Notes under the pieces: model-generated
Databases searched by the model: none
What the model saw: the letters and a program-made list of their open reading frames with translations, nothing else
Told to the model about the DNA's origin: nothing
Program-made: the position numbers and the translations under genes
Assembly (NCBI GenBank): GCA_030390025.1
Contig: CM059433.1
Coordinates: 28,150,001 to 28,214,000 of the forward strand
DNA: 64,000 bases
DNA from: Squalus acanthias
Taxonomy: Eukaryota
Direction: 5' to 3'
In this document: positions 13,881-26,428 of the stretch, piece after piece
Layout: every line of letters begins with the position of its first letter
Position numbering within the stretch: the stretch's first letter is position 1

Positions 13881-14069
13881 AGCTCTGCGTGTTGGAGTTC
13901 CCTGCACAGAGTGATAAAACTCCGCCTGCACCCGACTACTCCTCTTGATCTTCCTTCTTCTTACATGATGTTCCTGATCGCTCTCGGGTATCTCCACCAG
14001 AGGTTTGGATTCATCTGACACTCGCAGCCTGCTGCTTCTCCTGCCATGTCGTGGGCTGTGTCTGAATCC
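13881..14069 (-). CDS. DST: Dystonin isoform-2 exon 3
   Basis: cttctcatcag|GGA...GCT|gtgagt, 189 bp, phase 0/0. Encodes GFRHSPRHGRR...KIKRSSRVQAEFYHSVQGTPTRRA, matching DST GFRASPRH...SSRVQPEFYHSVQG. Confidence 0.93.
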
Positions 14070-14364
14070 CTGATGAGAAGCAACAAGAACACAGGTGTTT
14101 TTTTTGTAAGTGACGCATTTGCTTTCCCCCAGTTCACAGTACAATGTCGCGTCATTGCCTTGAGCATATCCAGTTACTAAAGGGCACAGAGCAGGATCTG
14201 AGTTTTCATGGTTTCCAAGCAACACTTTTATAGCACAATAATTACACAGCACGTAAGAAAGGATGGAATGCAAATAAGGATATTGGGTCCATCAAACATG
14301 ACACCTCCAATACATTCCGTTTTCCACATTTAAGGTGAAACGCTAAGTTTTCTTAATGCTCAAT

Positions 14365-14845
14365 GACAGTAAATTAAATGGCACAGTAAGTAGTGTAGAT
14401 GGTAGCAGAAAGTTGCAAAGGGGCATTGATAGATTAAGTGAGTGGGCAAAACTTTGGCAGATGGATTTCAGTGTGGGAAAATGTGATGTCATCCACTCTG
14501 GACCTAAGAAAGATAGATCAGAATATTTTCGAAATGATGAGAAACTAGGAACTGTGGAGGAGCAGAGAGATTTAGGGGTCCATGTAGAGAGATCACTAAA
14601 AACTATTGGACAGGTACAAAAAAAAAATCAAAACGGCTAACAGAATGTTAGCTTTCATCTCAAGGGGGCTGGAATACAAAGGGAGGGACTACAGCAGTAT
14701 AAAGCTCTGGTTAGACTGCATATGGAGTACTGAGTTCAGTTCTAGGCACCGCACCTCAGGAAGGATATATTGGCCTTGAAGGGGGTGCAGTGCAGGTTCA
14801 CCAGAATGATACAGGAGCTAAAAGGGTTAAATTATGAGAACATAA
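14365..14845 (+). mobile_element. CR1 RT C-terminal fragment
   Basis: LQRGIDRLSEWAKLWQMDFSVGKC. Confidence 0.8.
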
Positions 14846-16496
14846 TTGCCATAATCCTGTTCCTATGCTCCCTTGTTTCCAAGGTGAGGTATATGGCATG
14901 TTACTGCTGATATTTCGAGCACTCATTGACCATCCCCCAGTCAGGTATGGTACAGCCAGCTGCAGAGTAGAGCTCCCTCTATACTGCCCCAACTACACTT
15001 ATCAGCCCCCACCTCAAAAAAGCACCCCCACTGCACAAGAGTTCACACACCAGCCATCCCATGATCTCCTTAATGAGATTGCAACTTAGTGTCAAATTAG
15101 CAATAGCTTTATGTTGTAGGAACTAGATTGAGACTGGTCAAACTCATTTCACCTAGGTCCCTTGCAGACAGAGAAGGGTTTCAACCCATCAGTCTGAAGG
15201 ATGGTACCTCTGACAATGTAGCTCTCTCTTTGTACTGCACTGAAGTGCCAGCCTAGTCTCCGTGCTCAAATCCTGGTTTTGGGGCTTGAACTCATGACTT
15301 TCTGCCTCTACGGTCAGAGTGCAAAGGCTGAACCAAGCTGACACTTGCAACTTGCTGACGCATATAAATGCAAGTTTCTGCTGCTGTTAACCATTTTACA
15401 ATATCAACACACCCTTTGGCACAGTTAAATATGTTGTAATTTAAAATTTTTATCTAAAATTAGTTTATGGTCATGTTACAGATCAAAATATAAAGTCTGA
15501 ATATGTTTTTATCTTCAAATAATGAGATAGGAATTGCAATTACCAAAAATTGGTAATTTATGTTGTCTATCTGCACCATAACAGCCCTGTATCGCACCAA
15601 GTCCCATTCACCCATCAGCCCTGTGCTTGCTGACCTACATTGGCTCCCAGTCCAGCAACACCACGATTTTAAAATTCTCATCCTTGTGTTCAAATCACTC
15701 CATACCTCGCCCCACCCTATCTCTGTCACCTCCTCCAGCCCTACAACAATCTGAGATCTCTACGCTCTTCCAATTCTGGCCTCTTGTGCATCCCTGATTT
15801 GCATCTCTCCACCATTGATAGCCATGCCTTCAGCTGCCTTGGCCCTAAGTTCTGAAATTCCCTCCCTAAACCTCTCTGCCTCTCTATCCCATTCCTCCTA
15901 TAAGTCTCTCCTTAAAACCTACCTCTTTGACCAAGCTTTTGGTCATCTGTCCTAATATCTTCTATGTGGCTCTGTGTCACAGAGCAGTGGTGTGCAATAA
16001 ATTTTTAAGCCACTTCACAGATACACAGGTCCTTCTACTGTGTCAGCTGTGGCTTAGTTGGTAGCACTCCCACCTCTGCGTCAGAAGCTAGTGGTTTCAA
16101 GTCCCACTCCAGAGACTTAAGCACAATAGGAGTGAAGGAGTGCTGCATTGTCGGTGGTGCCATCTTTTGGATGAGATGTTAAACCGAGGCCCTGTCTGCT
16201 CTCTCAGGTGGATGTAAAAGATCCTATGGCACTATTTTAAAGAAGAACAGGGGAGCGCTCCCCGGTGTTCTGGCCAATATTTATCCCTCAAGCAACATCA
16301 CTAAGAACAGTCATTATCACATTGCTGTTTGTGGGACCTTGCTGTGCCAAAATGGCTGCCACGTTTCCTACATTACAACAGTGACTAAACTTCAAAAGTA
16401 CTTTATTTGCTGTAAAGCGCTTTGGGATATCCTGAGGTTGTGAAAGGCGCGATATAAATGTAAGTCTTTCTTTTCTTTTTCTTCCATATTTTTGTG

Positions 16497-16985
16497 AAGT
16501 GTGAGAGGTTGCAACCCACATTGCATTATTTGAGGGGGCTGCTCCTCAATTTTGGGTTGCATTGCAGCCCTACACTCCTGACCTTTGGTCACCTGGTGGG
16601 GAAGGAAGGGAGGGGGTGGGGGGAAGAAGGGCAAGTTGAAGGACCTTCTTGTGGGTCTGCTACTGGGCCTACCAAAGGTGGCCATTCACAGGTCCAACAT
16701 GGACAAGGCCCATTGGGATGGTTGCTCTGGCTTCCTGCCTCTCTTCCATGCCTTGGCCGTGCCTGGGTGGCCCTGGAGAAGGAACATACAGTGTCTACTG
16801 ATACGCTCAAGGTCATCTACGGCCAGTGGGTACCGCAGAATATAGATTGTCTGATAGACACAGATACTACTATCATGATTTAGTTTATAAGTTTCTTTTT
16901 GTTTTTTTCAAATTAGATTTTATGTTTGAATTGTTCTATTATTGTGCCTCCTCACAAGGGGGCACTTGCATGTTTGGTTTCCTGA
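16497..16985 (+). mobile_element. Tx1/L1-clade ORF2 C-terminal fragment with 3' UTR
   Basis: CERLQPTLHYLRGLLL...DLLVGLLLGLPKVAIHRS pattern typical of the Tx1 ORF2 C-terminus, T-rich 3' UTR, terminal GTGCCTC...GGGGCAC hairpin. Confidence 0.6.
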
Positions 16986-17127
16986 TAATGACCGGCACAG
17001 GCACGAGGGGCCGAATAGCCTCCTTCGGTGCTAATTCTGTGACACTGGGGTTATGGATCAACCAAAAATGGCATTTTTTCTCAACTGTTTTGAAAGGGAG
17101 GTGCAAGGGGAGCTTGAAAAAAATTTA

Positions 17128-17891
17128 GGCCCAGATTTTGCGGTCAGCGGCGAAGGGACGTTGCTCTCCGCTGACATCAAAGAAAGCCGCCCACAAAGAG
17201 CTAGCGGGCTCTGTTTCATTGATTTCCCCTATTACAATGTCAATTTCAATCTGCCGCCATTTATAGGGGATCTGTGGTGTCCAGGATCAGTGGCGTCACC
17301 AAGCAGGCTGAGCAGCCAATCAGATTGAAGAATTCTTATAGACAACAAACCCGGAAGTAAAAAGCACTGATTATCATTTACTTTTTATTCATTTTACAGA
17401 GTGAAATAAAGATTAGAACATGGGATTAAGGTAGAAGTTGAAATATTATAAACAAACTTTAAAAAAAATTAATTTTTATTATTTTAAAACTCTATGGAAT
17501 TTTTATCGTGGAATGGATGGAATGACACTCCACACTTATAATATTAGTTTTTCAGGGCCAGAGAGGTGGTTCAGCAGTAATTATGACTCAGTACACCATT
17601 AAAAACTCAGTTACACCTCATTCAACAAGGCTTAAATTTTTCAATGGTTTTTACAGCGAGAATACTGCGTAAAAAGCTGAGGTTCACGTCAAATTACTGA
17701 TTCTGTATTGATTGATTCTGCGAAGACTGCAACAGCGCAACTGTGGAGGAGCGAGGTATCACTGACAGCAACTTCCAGATTTCCGCGTTTAACTACGCAT
17801 GTGCGGACAGAAAAGGTTGCTGTCAGTTTTATACAGTAATAACGGCGAGCGTTGACAGTTTTACCGTCAATACAACTGCAAATTCCAGTCC
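17128..17891 (+). mobile_element. Non-autonomous DNA transposon (MITE), possibly PIF/Harbinger-type
   Basis: Starts GGCCCAGATTTTGCG. Reverse-complement homologous to 57498-58222. Right TIR is degenerate. Confidence 0.7.
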
Positions 17892-20310
17892 CATACTTTC
17901 TACACTAACCTATTTGCAGATAGCAAATGCAATAATGCATTTTTCCAAAGTCCCTGCTCATCTACTGGTCAAGTGGAAAAAGAAGAGAAAGACTTGTATT
18001 TATACAACACCTTTCACAATCTCAGGACGTCCCAAAGCACTTTACAACCAATTAAGTACTTTGAAGTGTAGTCACTGTTGTAATGTAGGAAACATCACAC
18101 CCAATTAGCACACAGCAAGAAAGAAAGACTACCAATTCTATAGCGCCTTTCACGCCTCAGGACGTCCCAAAGCACTCTAAAGCCAATTAATTATGTTTTT
18201 AAAGTGTAGTCACTGTTGTAATGTAGGAAACACGGCAGCTAAATTGCACTCATCTAGGTCCCAGATACAGGAATGAGATAATGATCAGATAATCTGTTTT
18301 TAAGTGTTAGTTGAGGGATGAATATCAGCCAGTGGGATCTTTTACGTCCATCTGAGAGGGTAGACAGGGCCTCAGTTTTAATGTCTTATCCAAAAGATGG
18401 CACCTCCAACAGTGCAGCACTCTCTCAGTACTGTACTGGAGTGTCAGCCTAGATTTTGTGCTCAAATCTCGAGTGGAGCTTGAACAAGCAACCTTTTGAC
18501 TCAGAAGTGAGACCGATACCCACTGAGCCAAGGCTGACACTTGTGGAAAGGATGTCAATGTTTTGACCTTTTTGTACTTTACTTGTAAATACTGCATCGT
18601 ATATGTCCCTCAGGCAATAGTTCATACTCTTGTTTCTGTGATTATACCCTATATTCATCCACTTGATCAGGGAGTCTGTAACTGCAGGCAAGCCAAGTGA
18701 ACCCTGTCAGTGTTATAATAAATATTTCTATCAGGCCGATATTAAAGTACTGTCGCTAATGTGCTTTCATACAGTATAACCCAGTGGTACTTTTTGTCGA
18801 TCAGCTGTTTTTGAAAACACATTTTATTGATCAGTTAGTCTTCATATATCTTGTGGACTGTCTGTGCTAAAGGAACACTTGGGCCATATTGCTGAAGAAA
18901 CCTTTGCCCGCTTCAAGGAATGAAGATTGGCCATGTGATTTGGGTAACACACAGCAATCACTTTTAATATAGGTCAGTGTTGTTTCTGAGATAAATCTGG
19001 AAAGAACAGGATTGGATGTGCATAGGATCCTGGCAAATCCCTTAAAGGGGATCGGTGCTGTTACCCAGTAAATGAGGCGATGAGGTTGGGGCTTCTGTGA
19101 ATTACATGTAATGACAAGTAGACATTTACGACCATTCTTCGTGCTTCTTTGCCGCCTTATCTATGGATAAGTGGGTCAGAGTCTGATTCATCACAAGTCA
19201 GAAAAGCAGATGATGGCACTTTGTAGCCTTTATCTGTCGTAGCATTGGCCAATAGCAAAGGCGGCAGCTACTGGAGACACAAGTATCATTTTCTTTACCC
19301 AGACGTAGTACTTACTGATTACTGGGCAGTAGAGAAAGGAATGCATTCATTATTTTGATCAAAATCGCAAACATTTAAAAAATAACAGACGGGTAATTTG
19401 GAGTTTCTGTAATAAATATAGAACATTGTTTAAAAAAAGCTTTTGATCGTATAAAAGCTATTGCTGCTTTTTTTTTTACGTTTGCCATTTTTATTCTAAT
19501 AATCCAAACTGATTATTTTTTTTCAGCAGAGATTTAGAAAGGATGATCTGCAAAGTCTGAAATAAGTCAGAAAACACAGCAACTGGAAAAAAAAATCAGG
19601 TTCATTGCAGTGGGAAATGCCAGTGCTGTGGATTGAATAGAACGCATTCACTCAGTCAATATCCAGTCTTGCCCTGGTTGGATTTAGCAGAGGCCCGAGA
19701 CATAATAAACCTTCTTTTACTTGCCCCTACCATGCAGATTGATCTGAACCTCAAGAGTGTACCCATATTTGCCCAAGTTGTGAACTCTTCCATTTTGTGT
19801 ACACCTGGAACCCTTATGGCTTCTTTGGTGAGTCTGCCAATAGTATCAATTTGTGGCGAATTACATACAATTTGTGCTTTTTTGTCCAGCGACTAGAGCA
19901 CAAAATCTAGGCTGACACTCCCAGTGCAGTACTGAGGGAGTGCTGCACTGTCGGAGGTGCCGTCTTTCAGACGAGACATTAAACCGAGGCCCTGTCTACT
20001 CTCTCAGGTGGAAGTAAAAGAACGCACGGCACTATTTCAAAGAAGAGCCTCAAGAAGGGGAGTTCTGGCCAACATTTGTCCCTCAACCAACAGCACTAAA
20101 AAACAAAGTATCTGGTCATTATCACATTGCTGTTTGTGTGAGCTTGCTGTGCGCAAATTAGCTACTGTGTTTCCTACATTACAACAATGACTACATTTCA
20201 AAAGTACTTCATTGGTTGTAAAGCACTTGGAGACGTCCTGAGAAAGGCCCTTTCTTCTTCCTTTGTGGACTCATATCCAATAGTAATTGACTGGAGATTT
20301 CCCCAATACA

Positions 20311-20506
20311 AAAGCAAAATACTGCGAATGCTGGGAATCTGAAATAAAAACAGAAAATGTTGGAAATACTCAGCAGGTCAGGCAGCATCTGTGGAGAGAG
20401 AAACAGAGTTAACGTTTCAGGTCGATGACCTTTCATCAGAACTCTGTTTCTCTCTCCACAGATGCTGCCTGACCTGCTGAGTATTTCCAGCATTTTCTGT
20501 TTCTAT
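20311..20506 (-). mobile_element. Penelope-like terminal-repeat element, family 1, palindromic insertion
   Basis: 68-bp inverted arms (20343-20410 / 20440-20507, 2 mismatches), degenerate TSD TGGAGA..TCCCCAA (20292-20306 / 20507-20521). Confidence 0.75.
20407..20443 (-). ncRNA. Type I hammerhead-ribozyme-like motif
   Basis: AGUU-CUGAUGA-A-AGGUC-AUC-GACCU-GAAA-CG-UU-AACU. Confidence 0.65.
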
Positions 20507-22354
20507 TGGAGACATCCCCAAAACAGTTTCACTTTGGACTCTTACAGCCAGTGGCGAGGAGAGACATTCATCCCATCTATATGGGCTGGATTTAAACCTA
20601 CATTCAAGAAATGAACTCACTGCACTGTTGAGTTTCTCCTACATTCCTTTGCAATGGAGTAATAACTATTCAGATGTCACATGAATTTTCGTGCAACCTC
20701 ATAAAGCAGATCACCTGTTTAACACACCTGTTAATACTTTTGAAACATTTATAAAGTGAGGGGAACATTTAATTCCATTCCTCAATAACCTTTTGTAGCT
20801 CAGGTGTGACTTTATTGATAATAACCTTGACATCTTCCTGACCGACAGAATATGATGACTAATGTGGAAAGTAATATCTCCTCCCAGTGATGTGTCACAT
20901 GTACATACTGGATATGTTTTCTCAGAGGGAAAAACTTGTCACCAGAACGGAAGTAGTAAGGGTGGGTGTATTGTGTGGAGGGGAAACAGAAACTGTGCTC
21001 CCATGCCCCCACCCTCATATAAAGCCACCGACCTTGACTGCGTGTTTGGCTAACCCCTAAAGGTCTGCTACAAACACTGATGGCACAGTGCGAAGAGCCA
21101 CTGCAATTTCTGCATTAGCTTGGTGGACAAATAAACAGGGTCCTCTGAATGTTGGAAAGTCGCCACAAACCTTCTGACATTGCCATGCTTACTCAGTCCC
21201 AGAATCTTTATTGCTCTGAAGTCGGGGACTCACAGACTGAGAATGAACTCCAAAATGTTATTTAAAAGAAATATAACAAACTCCAATATATTGATTTAAA
21301 TTGGGGATTTATTCCTTCTGCTTCCCTCGTGTATCCATACAACAACAACAACTTGCATTTATATTGTGCCTTTAAGGTAGTAAAGCGACCCAAGATGCTT
21401 CTCAGGAGCGTTATCAAACAAAATTTGACACTGAGCCACGCAGGGACAGGTGACCAAAAGGTGGTCAAAGAGGTAGGTTTTAAGGAGCGTCTTAAAAGAG
21501 GAGAGGTAGAGAGGCAAAGAGATTAAGGGAGGGAATTCCAAAGCTTAGGGCCTTGGCAGCTGAAGGCACAACCACCAATGGTGGGCTGAAAGAAATCGGG
21601 GGTGCGCAAGAGGCCAGAATTGGAAGAGCGCAGAGATCTCGGTGGGTTGTAGGGCTGGAGGAGGTTACAGAGATAGGAAGGGCGAGGCCATAGACGGATT
21701 TGAAAACATTCCATAATTTTCTACCAGACAGGGGCAAGACATTCATTATTGTCTAAACTAGCCATGGCATGTAAAGCTCGTGGAGGTTTACGTTGAGGCC
21801 GATTATCTCCATTTTAAGATATTTCGCTTCTCCCTTGTCCCTTGACTTCCAGGTCTCCGGTGGACCTCTTATCCAGCGCCGGTGAAACATAACCCGTTTA
21901 TTGCAGACCCTTTCACTAAAAGCAGTGACACGAGTTTCCGAGGAGGGTTCGGCTTAGTGCGGGTGAATTGATCCTGAGATTCTGGTGACTATCGATAACG
22001 ATGCTGATAGCTACATTTCTGCCTGTCCACCGAATGAATCCCACCCACCCACCACAGTAGTCTGGGTGCCTCCACTCAGCTAACGGTCCCATTAATATGA
22101 CATTAACTTCGACATTATTGATTTTCATCTAAAAATATTCTCAACAAAAGTGAAGTTCTAGACCCATTTCCCATGGGATAACCTTACTATTCCAAAAAAA
22201 AATGCTAACTCATCTGTATCCCTCTCGGTCGCCGCATCTTTAGAGCGAGTTATCATTTCAGCGCCATCCTAAGTCTGAGTTGAGCCCTACGAGAAATATC
22301 TATAAGTAACTTTGCACGACCTTGAGTTCAGAAAGCGACAACAGATTGCTGTAC

Positions 22355-22386
22355 CTCAGAACGGAAGTGCGATCTCATCCCTGCAT
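22355..22386 (-). CDS. DST: Dystonin isoform-2 exon 2 (32-bp micro-exon)
   Basis: ttttattgtctcccag|ATGCAGGG...TCTGAG|gtacag. Completes the phase-1 codon to give DAGMRSHFRSE, resembling mammalian DAVLRSHHFRSE. Not in the ORF track. Confidence 0.9.
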
Positions 22387-22824
22387 CTGGGAGACAATAA
22401 AATATGGGAAGAAAAAAAATAAGATTTATTACACAGAAGCAAGTCACAACACTGTAATCGTAACGTTACGTATTTCGTAGTTTAGTTAGGGGTCAGAATA
22501 TACGGCTACAATTTGATAGAAATAGCGCACTCGGCTCCAACTCATCTCATGCAAATATCTCTATGAATATAAGCAGCTAATTGCTGTCTTGGTAAAAAAA
22601 AAAAGTTCTATTCTAAAACATTAATTTAACACTATCCCGTTGCTAAACGCGTCTTAAATCAGCGTGTATGGGGCGGGAGAGGGCGGTCAATGCTGCCGCA
22701 GTCTGGAATTTGCCTTTATTTAAAAACACTCAGCTAATCTTCCGAAGGTTGCCCAGCTCTTATTCGCATGCACCGAATTTGAATTAAAATTCTATAAGAG
22801 GAAAGATGCTTTGAATGGGCTCGG

Positions 22825-23245
22825 TGGAGGAGGTGAGGGGACGGGATGGGGAGGAGGGGGAAATGGGATGGGGAGAAGGTGAAGGGATGGGAGGAGGAGA
22901 GGGGATGGGGATGGGGTGAGGGAATGGGATGGGGAGGAGGTGAGGGGATGGGATGGGGAGGAGGTGAGGGGATGGAAATGATGAGGAGGCGAGGGGATGG
23001 GGAGAACGAGGGGAGATGGGGATGGGATGGGGTGAGGGGATGGGAAGATAGGGTGAGGAGGTGAGGGGATGGGATAGGGAGGAGGAGAGGGGATGCGGAT
23101 GGGATGGGGTGAGGGGATTGAGTGGGGATAGGGAGGAGGGGGAGATGGGATGAGGAGGTGAGGGGATGGGAATGGGGTAACGGGGTGGGAGGGAGAGGAG
23201 GGGGAGATGGGGATGGGATGGGTGAGGGGATGGGGAGGAGGGGGC
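22825..23245 (+). repeat. Polypurine G-rich low-complexity repeat (GGGAT/GGAGG) in DST intron 1
   Basis: About 420 bp almost free of C on the plus strand. It accounts for the Pro/Ser/His tail of ORF 22784-23614. Confidence 0.9.
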
Positions 23246-23349
23246 GATTCTATCGGGAGGGGGCGATTCTATGAGGAGGAGGTCGAGATGGAGAGCGGGG
23301 AGGGAAGAGAGCCGCAGAGCGGTTGGAAAACGACAGGAAGGCTGCTTAC

Positions 23350-23530
23350 CTCGACTCCTGGAACGGCCCGAGCCGACCGACTTCATGGGATGCCGAGCCT
23401 TGCGGAGTTTACGGTGCCAGCAGCAGAAGAACAAGATGGTAGCGATGGTGGCCAGCAGAAGCAGTAGGAGCAGCAAGATGCATTGGACACTGTAGGGCTT
23501 GAGGAGGACTAAGAACGCCGCTGCTATCAT
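23350..23530 (-). CDS. DST: Dystonin isoform-2 (BPAG1a2-type) coding exon 1, N-terminal transmembrane segment
   Basis: ATG at 23530-23528. Encodes MIAAAFLVLLKPYSVQCILLLLLLLLATIATILFFCCWHRKLRKARHPMKSVGSGRSRSR, which I recognise as the dystonin-a2 N-terminus. Ends at a G|gtaag donor (phase 1), 181 bp. Confidence 0.95.
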
Positions 23531-26428
23531 TGTACGTGGCTGTGGGCAGTGCCTCTTCTCTGCTGCAACATTACCTGGATGGGAAGATTCAGGGGATTTT
23601 TTTATATAAATCAATGTCTAGACCTTATCACGCACTTTATATATATATATATATCTCCCAGGAGCTCGGGGGAAGGGATCTTGATATTTTGGGAGCCCTG
23701 CTTCCACTGCCGACAGCCATCCTGGGACGTGTGGGAGGGGAGGGGAGGGTGGGGGGGAGAATTATTGATTCGACATAAAAGTGGAGGGCACCCGTCCATG
23801 ACTCAGCAAGATGCAAAGCAGCAGTTTCACCATCGTGCACACTGCAGTCCCCGTGAACTAAAAAAAAACCTCGGGCATAATCTAAAACGTGCCATTCAAT
23901 TTCCACCTAAAGGCGGAGAGAAGAGACGTGTCGGTTTCACGCTGCCATCGACACGACCCGTGAAATAACAGTCCTCATTTCAGGATGCTATATCAGAGAG
24001 GATGGGTTTGGATCATAATAATACATTAAACACGCAATACAGCAGGGTTTTAGGAACATGGCAGATTTGCTTACAGTTCTACAATGTGACGGTCTCCCGG
24101 CCCAACTCTGAAGAATTCTGTTTCATGCCCCCCCTCCCTCACTGATGTCTGACACAGCATTCTCACAGCAACGCCAAGACTTGGTGTGAAACCGGGAGAT
24201 GGTATATTTAAACACGACGCATTGCACAGTCCATTTAACCCTTGCAGCAGTGAAGGGGGATAGCCAAACCGAAGCAAACATTTTTTTTTTTAAAACCCTT
24301 TTATAACAGGATTACATTTCAATCTCATTTACCCTTGCCAAACGAGAACTCGGCGTTGAACACAGTTTTGCTTACGGTATGTGACAGCAAACGTTGGGGT
24401 CAGCTGGAGAGACGAACTTCTCAGAGGGGTTTATGTTTTGGATAAAACGTGACTAGAAACAGTTGAAGTTGTGTTTTATACAGTACAAGAACGGAAAACC
24501 AAAAGGCTTGGTCTAGTCACCAAAGTGTCTAGTTACGCCCACTTGTTAATTCCACCCAAAATAAATAGATTGTTGCTAATTTTTGCAGACATAAAATTAC
24601 ATCGAAATTACAGCACAGAAACAGGCAATTCGGTCCAATAGGTCTATGCCGGTGTTTATGTTCCACACCAGCCTCCTCCCACTCTACCACATCTCACCCT
24701 ATCAGCAGAGCCTTCTATTCCTTTCTCCTTCATATACTTATCTACAGACATTTTAATGATATCTGGTGACTGAATTTCAAGAACCGGAAAGTTTAGTCAC
24801 TTGGTTATTTGAACCTTGCGTTTAGAAAAGGTAGGGCTCACCTTCATCCATTCCCTACTGTAAATGAAACAAATCTAATTGTGTCATAGAGAACGGTTAC
24901 AGCTAAAGGCATCAAGGACTCTGACAGAGGACCATAGGAACAGGAGGAGGCCATTCAGTCCCTTGAGCCTGTTCCGTCATTCCGTTAGATCCTGGTGGAT
25001 CTGTATCTTAACTTCATCTATCTGCCTTGGTTCCGTAACCCTTAAAACCCTTACTCAACAAAAATCTATCAATCTTAGTTTTGACATTTTCAATTGACCC
25101 CCAGCCTCAACAGCTTTTTAGGGGAGAGAGTTGCAGATTTCTACTTCCCTCTGTGTGAAGAAGTGCTTCCTGACGTCTCGAGAGTGATGTGTCAAACACT
25201 TCACCCCGTGCCCAGTGTGGTTACATCCGACCCCTACCCATGTCAGAAGTTCTTAAAATGTGAGATCATGATGTTCTGCAGAGCTATGCAATGTGTTCAG
25301 GTTGCGATGCCATAGTTACTCCAGTTGGGAGTACTCCCAGCTCAAAGTTAGAAAGATGAGCTGGGTTTAAGCCCCATTCCAAAGGCATAGAGAGCACCTT
25401 AATGGAGGATTATTTAAATAAAAATTATGAAGGGTTTAGATAGAGTGAAGAGGGAAAGATTATTTCCTCTGGTTGAGCGTTCAGTGAAGAAGTGTCATCA
25501 ATTTAAAATTGTCACTCAAAAAGAGATAAAAGAGGTTAGAAGCAATTTCTTTATGTACAGAATTGTTGGAGGATGGAATTCTTTGCAACACGGAGTATTG
25601 GAAGCAGAGACCATTGCATCTTTTAAGGGAAAAGTGGATAAACATTTGAAGCAGAAGAAGATATGCGGCTATGGACAGAGAGAAAGGCAGGGGGTTCAGT
25701 TTTTAATTGCAACAGCTATAAGCTAGCACAATACCCTGGGCAAAATGGTCTCCTTCTGTGCTGTAAGTTCTATGTTTCCATGGTTCTTTGAACCCAACAA
25801 AACTAATCAAATTATTGGCCCTTGGAAAGACAATGGGTATTTCTCGTGTTAACCCCAGACCATGCAAATCAGCAACTACAACAAATTGCATTTATATAGC
25901 ACCTATAACATAGTAAAAGGTCCCAAGGTCCAAAGCTTGGTCAAGGAGATAGGTTTTAAGGAGTGTCTTAAAGGAGGAGAGAGAGGTAGGGAGGTGGAAA
26001 GGTTTAGGGAGGAAATTCCAGAGCTTAGGGTCTAGATGGCTGAAGGCACGGCCGCCAATGGTGGAGTGGTGAAAATCAGAGATACGCAAGAGGCCAGAAT
26101 TGGAGGAGCGCAGACATCTCAAAGGGTTGTAGGGCTGAAGGAGGTTACAGAAATAGGGAGGGGCGAGGCCATGGAGGGATTTGAAGGATAAGAATTTTAA
26201 AATCGAGGCGTTGCCAGACCAGGTGCCAATGTAGGTCAGCGCGCACATGGGTGATGGGTGAATGGAACTTGGTTCGACTTAGGATATGCGCAGTAGAGAT
26301 TTGGATGAGCTCAAGTTTACGGAGGGTGCAAGGTGGCAGGCCAGTCAGAAGAGCACTGGAATAGAGGTACCAAAGGCATGGATGAGGATTTCAGCAGCAG
26401 ATGAGTTGAGGCACGGGCGGATACAGGC

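Noticed and set aside
22784..23614. 276-aa ORF as a single-exon transmembrane, Pro-rich protein
   Set aside because: Only 23530-23350 is coding (DST exon 1). The rest is read-through past a gtaag donor into a low-complexity repeat.
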